The notes below the pieces were generated by a model, which saw only the letters and a program-made list of their open reading frames with translations, did no database searches and was not told the DNA's origin. 64,000 nucleotides of DNA from Nitrososphaerota archaeon (GTDB lineage: Archaea; Thermoproteota; Nitrososphaeria; Conexivisphaerales; UBA164): NCBI GenBank assembly GCA_023381255.1, contig JAMCTX010000002.1, forward strand, positions 2,477 to 66,476, read 5' to 3'. A program made the translations under genes and the position numbers. The first letter of the stretch is position 1, and each line of letters starts with the position of its first letter. Shown here one piece after another: positions 56,305 to 64,000 of this stretch.

Positions 56305-57050
56305 AAGCTCCTGTATATGATTTGGAAGGAAAAAAGGGAAGAAAAACTGAACTGCCGGAAATATTCGATTCAAGGGTCAATTCCACGCTGATAAATAGGG
56401 CATTTTGGATAATGTTTACCCATAATTTGCAGCCTCAGGGCAGGGATCCCATGGCAGGAATGAAGGTAAGCGCTTTGTCATGGAATACCGGACATGGCAT
56501 GTCAAGGATTGCGAGGATAAAAGGCGCAGGAACCAGAAGGGCAGGGCAGGCCGGCGGGGTTGCCGGCGTCGTAAAGGGAAGGCTAACCCATCCGCCTACT
56601 TCATTAAAGGTAGTGTATAAAAAAATAAATAAAAGGGAAAAAATCTCGGCAACAATGTCGGCTTTGGCAGCTACCGCAAGTTCAGATATGGTTAGCTTGA
56701 GGGGCCATAAGATAGATCAGGACATTTCCGTGCCAATCGTTTTAGTAGACGAATTTGAATCGTTATCCAAGACCAAGGATATAATCCAGGCACTTCTAAA
56801 GCTAAAGCTAAATGAAGAGCTTGAAAGGGTAAAGGAAAAAGGCGTGGGGCCGCTGATAGTTACCTCTACCAGGAACAGTTTATACAGGGCTGCCAATAAC
56901 ATATCAGGCCTTGAAGCTGTTACTGCAAGCGACGTCAGCGTTCTGCACCTGGCTCCCGGAGGAGTGCCGGGAAGGCTTGCGATATACACAAAATCTTCAT
57001 TAAAAGCATTGGCAAAGAGGTTTGATGGGGTGGGCGCATATGGACGTTGA
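56301..57050 (+). CDS. rpl4: 50S ribosomal protein uL4
   Basis: '[10 protein letters not shown]', '[13 protein letters not shown]', '[10 protein letters not shown]'. Confidence 0.95.
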   Translation: MKAPVYDLEGKKGRKTELPEIFDSRVNSTLINRAFWIMFTHNLQPQGRDPMAGMKVSALSWNTGHGMSRIARIKGAGTRRAGQAGGVAGVVKGRLTHPPTSLKVVYKKINKREKISATMSALAATASSDMVSLRGHKIDQDISVPIVLVDEFESLSKTKDIIQALLKLKLNEELERVKEKGVGPLIVTSTRNSLYRAANNISGLEAVTASDVSVLHLAPGGVPGRLAIYTKSSLKALAKRFDGVGAYGR

Positions 57051-57306
57051 CACAGCTCATAACATAATAAAAGGAGTATACAAGACAGAAAAGAGCGTTG
57101 ACCTTATTTCAAAGGAGAACAAGCTGGCCTTTGTTGTTGACAGCAACGCTAATAAACGGCAAATAAAAGAGGCAATTGAATTGTTATACGATGTAAAGGT
57201 TGTTCAGGTAAATGTATTGAAGGGAATAAAGGGTAAAAAGGCCTATGCAAAGCTGGCGCCGCAGAATCTGGCAAGCGAGCTGGCAACGAAATTAAGCGTG
57301 ATTTAA
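57040..57306 (+). CDS. rpl23: 50S ribosomal protein uL23
   Basis: 'TEKS', '[11 protein letters not shown]', 'KKAY'. Confidence 0.93.
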   Translation: MDVDTAHNIIKGVYKTEKSVDLISKENKLAFVVDSNANKRQIKEAIELLYDVKVVQVNVLKGIKGKKAYAKLAPQNLASELATKLSVI

Positions 57307-57307
57307 A

Positions 57308-58021
57308 ATGGGAAAGCATATTCTAACCCAAAGAAGGGGAAGGGGGACACCCCAGTTCCGTTCAAGAAAAACTGCAAAGGTAAGTTCAACCAGGTACCCG
57401 ATAACTGACCCCTCTAAGACCGTGGAATATACGGTAAGAAACATAATACATGAAAGCGGAAGGCTTGCCCCATTGATGGTTGTATATGGGCAGGGTCATA
57501 CGTACTATCTGCCGGCGGTAAAAGGACTGGAAGAAGGCAGAAAAATATTCATAGGCCCGGGGGCGCCTGTAAAGGACGGCAACATAATTCCTGTTGGCAA
57601 TTTGCCTGAAGGAAGCCTCGTTTATAATATTGAGAAAGTGCTGAACGATGGCGGCAAATTTGTTAAAAGCGCCGGGGGATATGCCATTATAATGGGCCAT
57701 GAAGCAGGGTGGACAAGCATCAAAATGCCATCAGGAAAAAAGATAACGTTTCCATCAAGCGTCAGGGCAACTGTCGGGATAGTCGCAGGGGGCGGAGTAA
57801 ATGAAAAACCCATACTCAAAGCCACACTGCACAAGATGACTATGAGGGCAAGGGGAAGGAAATATCCAACCGTAAGGGGAATTGCGATGTCTGCAGTTTA
57901 CCATCCGCATGGCGGAGGGAGGCACCAGCATCCAGGCAAATCTACAACAGTTTCAAGGCTAACGCCGCCAGGCAGAAAGGTCGGCAACATTGCAGCCAGG
58001 AAGACAGGCAGGGGCAAGTGA
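57308..58021 (+). CDS. rpl2: 50S ribosomal protein uL2
   Basis: 'MGKHILTQRRGRG', 'VRGIAM', 'HPHGGG', 'GRKVG'. Confidence 0.96.
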   Translation: MGKHILTQRRGRGTPQFRSRKTAKVSSTRYPITDPSKTVEYTVRNIIHESGRLAPLMVVYGQGHTYYLPAVKGLEEGRKIFIGPGAPVKDGNIIPVGNLPEGSLVYNIEKVLNDGGKFVKSAGGYAIIMGHEAGWTSIKMPSGKKITFPSSVRATVGIVAGGGVNEKPILKATLHKMTMRARGRKYPTVRGIAMSAVYHPHGGGRHQHPGKSTTVSRLTPPGRKVGNIAARKTGRGK

Positions 58022-58067
58022 ACATGACAGAAATATTTTTATTTAGCGCGGTTTGGAGTGGGTCTTA

Positions 58068-58457
58068 ATGCCAAGGGAATTCAAATACCGCGGATACTCT
58101 GCAAATGACCTGGTTAATATGCCGTATGATCAGCTTTTTCAGATACTCCCCTCCAGAGCCAGAAGAAGCCTGAACAGGCTTGGTTCAGAAATGAATCCGG
58201 GCAAAAAGGTTCTTTTTGAAAAGCTCAAACTGGAGAGGGAAACGACAAAAACCCATGACCGCGACACAGTAATTTTGCCGTTCATGATCGGCAAGAAGCT
58301 GTCCGTATATACAGGCAAGGAATTTGTTCAAATAGAAATAAAACCTGAGATGATAGGGCACTATCTTGGGGAATACGTAAGCCCGATAAAGAAAGTAGTT
58401 CATGGAACGCCAGGAATCGGTGCAAGCAGAAGCTCGCTATACGTTCCGCTCAAATGA
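58068..58457 (+). CDS. rps19: 30S ribosomal protein uS19
   Basis: 'FKYRG', 'KTHDRD', 'EMIGHYLGE', 'SSLYVPLK'. Confidence 0.95.
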   Translation: MPREFKYRGYSANDLVNMPYDQLFQILPSRARRSLNRLGSEMNPGKKVLFEKLKLERETTKTHDRDTVILPFMIGKKLSVYTGKEFVQIEIKPEMIGHYLGEYVSPIKKVVHGTPGIGASRSSLYVPLK

Positions 58458-59373
58458 TTTCATAAACGCCGCCTGCAACTTCCGTCTTTTTTACAGTTAC
58501 ACTTATGTTAAATTTGCCATAGATTTTTGCTATTACGCTTTCAAAATTTTCATTTGACGATAAAATTAAGAGAGAAGGCCCGGCACCGCTCAAACAGACG
58601 CCGTCGGCGCCATTGCTTATGAGCCCCGCCTTTATTTCATCAAAAAAAGGAATCAAAGATGCCCCTGCCCTCATTTTCTGGTGGTAGCTATCTTCGTTTA
58701 TTGCTGCTGCAATGTCAGCATAGTCCCCGTACAGGACGCCCTTTACCAGCTTTATGAGCGCATATTTCTCATTTACGTACTGCGCAAAATCAACAGGCTG
58801 GCCCAGCGACGCCCTGGCCTTTTTTGTTTTTGATTCGCTGATTTTGACGTCTGGAATGGCAACGTAGAACCTCATGTTTCTGTATATTGAAAAGGCGTTA
58901 AACGGGTTTTTTGAATAAACAAACGAAAAGCCTCCCAACAGGCTTGCCGAAACGTTATCGGCATGGGGCGTTCCCGAAAATGCGCCCTCCGCTTTCGCGG
59001 CTATGTCCACAAGCTCGTTTAAATCCAGCCTGGAATTTATCATCAGGTTCGCCGCAAACGCGCCTGCCGCGGCCGAAGCGCCGCTTGAACCCAGCCCCCT
59101 GCCTGCTGGTATTCCTTTGATGAGCTTTACATCAATTCCAAAACCAGTTCCGGCCCTTTCGAAAACCTCCCTGGCAGCTATTGTGGCTGTGTTCTCAGCC
59201 GGAACTTCGCCCATTCCCGTTACTGTGCTGTTTATTTTATCGCTTCCGTTGTAGGCCATTTCAACTTCATCATAGAACGCATCAAGCGCGACGGCAGCCG
59301 TGTCAAATCCGGCAGAAAGGTTGGCCGAACTGCTGTACGCCCTTACTTTTACCCTTTTCCTTGAAGGCTTCAT
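58450..59373 (-). CDS. thrB: Homoserine kinase
   Basis: 'SSANLSAGFD', 'GRGLGSSGAS', 'HADNV', 'SGAGPS'. Confidence 0.92.
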   Translation of the reverse strand: MKPSRKRVKVRAYSSSANLSAGFDTAAVALDAFYDEVEMAYNGSDKINSTVTGMGEVPAENTATIAAREVFERAGTGFGIDVKLIKGIPAGRGLGSSGASAAAGAFAANLMINSRLDLNELVDIAAKAEGAFSGTPHADNVSASLLGGFSFVYSKNPFNAFSIYRNMRFYVAIPDVKISESKTKKARASLGQPVDFAQYVNEKYALIKLVKGVLYGDYADIAAAINEDSYHQKMRAGASLIPFFDEIKAGLISNGADGVCLSGAGPSLLILSSNENFESVIAKIYGKFNISVTVKKTEVAGGVYEII

Positions 59374-60290
59374 TTGCTGCTCACCCCTATCCTGTCCAGA
59401 ATTTCAGTTGCGACTTTCATGTCAGCCAGCCCTTCATCGATGCCTGCGGGGAACTTGCCTCCGCCGAGATATTTAATGAAAGCCTGGTCTTCGTCTTTTA
59501 GCAGATCGTCCTCGTTTCCGCCCTTTGTTATTTTTTTGCCGCCCATCGTGCAGCTTGACTCACGAGATATAAAATTGGAGGAGACAACGGCGTCAGAACA
59601 AACGCCTATCCCCATCCTGAGCCTTTCCCTGGATGCCCACGAGGCCACCAGGTGCGCGGTTCCCCCGCTGCCTTCAAGGGTTGATGTTACAAAGACTTCC
59701 CTTCCGCCCTCATCCTTTTCACTCCACGCGCTCAATACCGTGAGCTGGCCGAAAATGCGGTTTGCTATGTTGATATCATGAATCATCGTGTCCAAAACAA
59801 CCCCCACGTCCCTGATTCTTTCGGGGCGCCTTCCAACCCTGTAGAGTGCAACGGATTTGGCGTCTTTGCGTTCAAGGCAGTCTATCAGAGATATAACGGC
59901 CGGGTTAAACCTTTCTTCATAGCCAATTGCCAGCCTGCTTTCGCTATTCATCGCATTTTTTATTGCAAGCGCCTGTTCCAGGTTTACGGCAAGGGGTTTT
60001 TCAATCAGGAGGCCCTTGCCGGCTTTTAGAATTTTTACGGCGATCTGCGAGTGGGTTGAGGCCGGCGTGGCCAAAACTATTCCATTAACATCCGATCTGA
60101 GCATTTCATCAAGATCCTGCAGCGCCCTTACACCGTATCGGTCTGCAATGGTTTTTGCCCTGCTGAAGTCAACATCGTAAATGCAGCAAAGTGCTTTGAG
60201 GTTGCTGAGCGCATTTGCATGGTTAGACCCCCACATTCCCGCACCTATTACACCAATTTTGGTCATTTTTTCCATAATAGTTTTACACAT
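59370..60290 (-). CDS. Gfo/Idh/MocA family oxidoreductase
   Basis: 'IGAGMWG', 'EKP', 'DTMIHD'. Confidence 0.9.
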   Translation of the reverse strand: MCKTIMEKMTKIGVIGAGMWGSNHANALSNLKALCCIYDVDFSRAKTIADRYGVRALQDLDEMLRSDVNGIVLATPASTHSQIAVKILKAGKGLLIEKPLAVNLEQALAIKNAMNSESRLAIGYEERFNPAVISLIDCLERKDAKSVALYRVGRRPERIRDVGVVLDTMIHDINIANRIFGQLTVLSAWSEKDEGGREVFVTSTLEGSGGTAHLVASWASRERLRMGIGVCSDAVVSSNFISRESSCTMGGKKITKGGNEDDLLKDEDQAFIKYLGGGKFPAGIDEGLADMKVATEILDRIGVSSK

Positions 60291-60309
60291 GGTTTAATAA
60301 AGCTTCACC

Positions 60310-60795
60310 ATGGACCCCGTTGATCTGTTGCTTTACGAACATTCAGCGCTGAGAGTTCTCAAATCCGAATGGGAAGGCGGATATCAGAGAGTGGACTTTA
60401 AAATGTTGAACGACTTTGTGGTCAACCATCATGCCAGGGTGGAGGACGTTTATGTCTTCCCCATGATCAAGGCCTCCAATCCGGATGACCTTGAACTGGC
60501 AAAAAACGTTGACAGAATAAGCGCCGACCATAAATTAATCGAGACGCTAGGAAGCAACATAGTAAAGTGGATCAGCAGCAACGATACAGATATGCTGAAA
60601 AGGAGAATCCCGGTCTACTGGAAAATACTTTCGGAGCACAACATGACAGAAGAAAAAACTGTATTTTACAGGCTGAAGGGCACCCTGGACAGCGTAAACG
60701 GCATAGTCGAAAGCATAAAATCATTTGGAATAGATGAATACATTAAAATTACAGGCATTTCCAGTTCAATGCTGGAGATGTATTTTTCGCCATGA
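60310..60795 (+). CDS. Hemerythrin-domain protein
   Basis: 'EH', 'HHARVED..FP', 'DH', 'EHN..EE'. Confidence 0.8.
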   Translation: MDPVDLLLYEHSALRVLKSEWEGGYQRVDFKMLNDFVVNHHARVEDVYVFPMIKASNPDDLELAKNVDRISADHKLIETLGSNIVKWISSNDTDMLKRRIPVYWKILSEHNMTEEKTVFYRLKGTLDSVNGIVESIKSFGIDEYIKITGISSSMLEMYFSP

Positions 60796-61382
60796 GCAAG
60801 GAAGTAAATATTGACATAGACGGATACAACGTAAGGTATTTTGAAAAGGGCACGGGAAAGCCGGTTGTAATCCTGCACGGGGCTTCTTTCAACGCCGAAA
60901 TATGGGTTAAAACCGGAACCCTGGATGCGATAGCCGGTTCCGGCTGGAGGCCGATTTCCGTGGACATGCCAGGGTTCGGGAAAACCGAGCGCGGCGGATA
61001 TGACACCGTTGCGTCGTTTCTTGACAGGCTTTTCGGGAAACTCGGCATAGAGAAGGCGGTTATCGCAGGGGCGTCGCTGGGGGGAAGGGAGGCACTTGCA
61101 TTCTCGGTCAAATACCCGCAGAGGGTGACCGGGCTGGTTCTCGTTGGCGCGGTAAGCGTGTGGATGTATGAGGACATGCTTGAAAGGATAAAGGGGGTGC
61201 CCGCGCTGCTGATCTGGGGAAGCGAAGATAACATATCGCCAAAGGAGAATTACCAGATAATCATGAAGCATCTGACGAATTCCAGGCTTGCTATAATAGG
61301 AAAAATACACCCCTGCTATCTTGAAGAGCCCGCTAAATTTAACATGGAACTGACGGATTTTCTAAAATCCATTACTGCTTAG
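60792..61382 (+). CDS. Alpha/beta hydrolase
   Basis: 'LHGAS', 'DMPGFG', 'GASLGG', 'WGSED', 'HPCY'. Confidence 0.9.
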   Translation: MSKEVNIDIDGYNVRYFEKGTGKPVVILHGASFNAEIWVKTGTLDAIAGSGWRPISVDMPGFGKTERGGYDTVASFLDRLFGKLGIEKAVIAGASLGGREALAFSVKYPQRVTGLVLVGAVSVWMYEDMLERIKGVPALLIWGSEDNISPKENYQIIMKHLTNSRLAIIGKIHPCYLEEPAKFNMELTDFLKSITA

Positions 61383-62331
61383 CTGCCAGTTTATTTTTTA
61401 TGGAACAAAACGAGCATATTTCCCTGTCCTTCGTAGTCGGCCTGCCGCACAGCTTGCACCTTCCCACATCTTCATCCCTTGAATATATGTCATGAAGGGC
61501 AGGCCTTATCTGCTTTTCAAACGTCTTGACCATATTCATCATTGTGCCAGGCATTTTGGCCTCCATGCTTTTCATCATGTCCCCGATCCTTTCCTGGCTC
61601 ACTGACCCGAATTCAGAAGAATAAGGACACGGGTCGTAAATGAACGGATACCCCCTTAAAATGGCATAGTGGAGTATTTCGCCTTCGGGCGTAAAGAAAA
61701 GCGGCTTGACCTTTTTTACGCAGTACCCCCTTTCGGGCGGGTTTACCATTGAGTTTCTGGAAAGGCTTTCTAGGTTGCCGTACACATACCCAGAAAATAT
61801 GAACTGTGCCATATCGTCCAGATTATGCCCGGTGGCAAGCGTGTCCGCGTCCATTTCCTCAGCAGCAGCATTGAGTATGTACCTTTTGGACAGCCCGCAT
61901 ACACTGCATGCCGGCCTGTTTGTGCCACGTTTAGCCTTGTCGATTGTAAAATTATAATCGCTGCCAAGGTCTATTACCTTGTATTTTACGTGCGCGATCT
62001 CAAAGTTCTTGACTGCAGTTTCCACGCTCTTCCTTGAATAGCCCGTGCCGTTATCTATTCCAAGGTCAATTGTAAGGCCTACAATTTCTATATTAAGCTG
62101 TTTTGACGCCTGGCTGAGAAGGTGAAGCATGGTGGTGCTGTCCTTTCCGCCTGATACCGCTACGGCGACCCTCTTCGAGTTTTCAAACAGCCTGTACCTT
62201 TTGGAATCCCTGATGAACCGCTGGTCGAACCATTCAATAAAATGTTCACGGCACAGGTACATTTTCATGTAGGGAATTTCTCGCACAGCTTCCTTATCGC
62301 ACAGGCTGCATTTCATTACAGGTTTAGACAA
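61372..62331 (-). CDS. Second TtuA/Ncs6-family tRNA thiolation enzyme
   Basis: 'SGGKDS', 'CSVCG..KR', 'GHNLDD', 'CPY'; terminal Zn fingers. Confidence 0.88.
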   Translation of the reverse strand: MSKPVMKCSLCDKEAVREIPYMKMYLCREHFIEWFDQRFIRDSKRYRLFENSKRVAVAVSGGKDSTTMLHLLSQASKQLNIEIVGLTIDLGIDNGTGYSRKSVETAVKNFEIAHVKYKVIDLGSDYNFTIDKAKRGTNRPACSVCGLSKRYILNAAAEEMDADTLATGHNLDDMAQFIFSGYVYGNLESLSRNSMVNPPERGYCVKKVKPLFFTPEGEILHYAILRGYPFIYDPCPYSSEFGSVSQERIGDMMKSMEAKMPGTMMNMVKTFEKQIRPALHDIYSRDEDVGRCKLCGRPTTKDREICSFCSIKNKLAAKQ

Positions 62332-62409
62332 GGCCGGATATTAAAACATCTCTGTCATTTTGAAAAAAATCGTGAAATATATAAATACTCTTGGTGTCAA
62401 TATACATGT

Positions 62410-63708
62410 ATGAGCGAAGAAAAGGTTGATTGGTATCTGGACTTTGTGGACAGCAAAAGGGAACCAAGGAAGGATGAAATTCAGCTGCTTTTCAAGGTTA
62501 CCCCGGCGAAGGGGTTCAGCATTGAAGAGGCGGCCGGAAGGATTGCAAGCGAAAGCAGCGTGGGAACGTGGACAACGCTTTCCACCCTGACCCAGGAAAC
62601 CATAAACAGAATGGCCAAGGCGTACAGAATATCCAATGACCTGGTATGGGTTACATATCCGCTGGAACTGTTTGAGCTCGGAAGCATACCGCAGCTGTTC
62701 TCGTCGGTATTTGGGAACATTTACGGAATGAAAGCAGTATCAAGGTTAAGGATCATGGACATAAAGTTCCCCGAGGAATACGTGAAAAGTTTCAGGGGAC
62801 CCCAGTTTGGCCTTGAGGGGGTTCAAAACATACTGAAGGTAAAGGGAAGGCCGATACTGGCCACCGTGCCAAAGCCAAAGCTGAGCCCCAGCCCTGAAGC
62901 GCACGCAAAGATAGGCTATGAAATATGGATGGGCGGGGAGGACCTCTTAAAGGACGACGAAAACCTGACGAGCCAGCCCTTTAACAAATTTGAGGACAGG
63001 GTCAGGGAGGTTTTAAAATACAGGGACAAGGCGGAAAAGGAGACAGGCGAAAGGAAGAGCGCCCTGATAAACATCACGGCTGAAACCGAAGAAATGAAAA
63101 GGAGGGCAAAGCTGGTGAAGGACTACGGCGGGGAGTTCATAATGATAGACATACTCACCGTCGGATGGGCAGCGCTTCAAACAATGAGGGAGGTCGCAGA
63201 AGACCTTGGGCTTGCGATTCACGCACACAGGGCATTCCATGCAGCATTCGACAAGCTGCCAGATCATGGGGCTACAATGCTTGTGCTTGCAAAAATGTCA
63301 AGGCTGATTGGGGTTGACCTGCTCCATATAGGAACCGGTGTTGGAAAGATGGAAGGAACAAAGAGCGAAGTAATCCGGCACAAGGAAGCCGTAACTCTGG
63401 AGGACGTGCCCCAGGAAGACATTTACTTTTCACAAAAGTGGTACGGGCTCAAGCCTGTTACCCCGGTGAGCTCGGGCGGGCTGCATCCGGGATTAATACC
63501 GGCGCTGCTTGACTATATGGGACCTGATATCGCTGTCCAGATAGGCGGAGGCGTGCTTGGGAATCCTCTCGGGGCCAGGGCCGGAGCAAAGGCTGCAAGG
63601 GACGCAATAGATGCATGGCAGAAGAAGATCCCGCTGGAAGAATATGCGGAGAAAAGCAAGGAACTCAAGGCAGCCCTTGAAAAGTGGGGAACAAAGAGCT
63701 TCGAATGA
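62410..63708 (+). CDS. rbcL: RuBisCO form III large subunit
   Basis: 'ESSVGTWT', 'PKPK', 'DLLKDDE', 'HAHRAFH', 'GKM', 'SGGLH', 'QIGGG'; start at MSEEK. Confidence 0.93.
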   Translation: MSEEKVDWYLDFVDSKREPRKDEIQLLFKVTPAKGFSIEEAAGRIASESSVGTWTTLSTLTQETINRMAKAYRISNDLVWVTYPLELFELGSIPQLFSSVFGNIYGMKAVSRLRIMDIKFPEEYVKSFRGPQFGLEGVQNILKVKGRPILATVPKPKLSPSPEAHAKIGYEIWMGGEDLLKDDENLTSQPFNKFEDRVREVLKYRDKAEKETGERKSALINITAETEEMKRRAKLVKDYGGEFIMIDILTVGWAALQTMREVAEDLGLAIHAHRAFHAAFDKLPDHGATMLVLAKMSRLIGVDLLHIGTGVGKMEGTKSEVIRHKEAVTLEDVPQEDIYFSQKWYGLKPVTPVSSGGLHPGLIPALLDYMGPDIAVQIGGGVLGNPLGARAGAKAARDAIDAWQKKIPLEEYAEKSKELKAALEKWGTKSFE

Positions 63709-64000
63709 TCACGCCAGGCCGCTTTTGATTTCCTGAATTTCCCTTAACAATTTTTCTTCAATCCTTTCCTTTCTTTCTGCATAGTATTCGTATATTTTCA
63801 ATGCCTTATGCTTCATTTCTGCGGTGTTTTGGAAGGGTACCCCAGCCCTACCGATGCTTGCCTTAGATACAAGCCACGCAATGAACGATTCCGGGGATTG
63901 GTCATTTATATCCATGTAAATGGCTTCCCTTACCTTGTTATACGCAAGCGTTGCAATCATCTTCCGTTCAATTTCATCATATAGCCCGCCATCCTCGTCT
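63709..64000 (-). CDS. Hypothetical protein, 5' end outside the window
   Basis: Frame stays open upstream of the tracked ATG to the window edge (…DEDGGLYDEIERKM…). Confidence 0.5.
   Translation of the reverse strand, partial: DEDGGLYDEIERKMIATLAYNKVREAIYMDINDQSPESFIAWLVSKASIGRAGVPFQNTAEMKHKALKIYEYYAERKERIEEKLLREIQEIKSGLA

Overview
Archaeal chromosome segment, probably a TACK-superphylum archaeon (inference from the MGHRK N-terminus of uL3, Csl4, Rpo6, a GPN GTPase, AMP phosphorylase and form III RuBisCO). Bases 1 to ~14.9 kb are the right arm of an integrated virus/plasmid-like element: a tyrosine integrase beside a tRNA-3'-like att candidate, a divergent RHH/AbrB switch, and a long minus-strand replication/recombination operon with no recognisable capsid genes. 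The main signal lies inside that operon. A ~1.05-kb array of 29 units of 36 nt alternates two 9-nt repeats (AGCGAGCCA and AGATACCCA on the minus strand) with two 9-nt variable spacers. It sits directly upstream of a 283-aa Nop/IS110-like RNA-binding protein that has no nuclease domain. This is the architecture of a TIGR-Tas (TasA-type) RNA-guided DNA-targeting system. Unusually, the whole array is also a stop-free ORF coupled to both neighbours. The remaining ~49 kb is host housekeeping and metabolic genes, three tRNAs, a dual-guide box C/D sRNA, an rpl3 gene apparently starting at ATA, and several conserved palindromic regulatory elements. All protein calls come from motif recognition by eye; no database searches were run.
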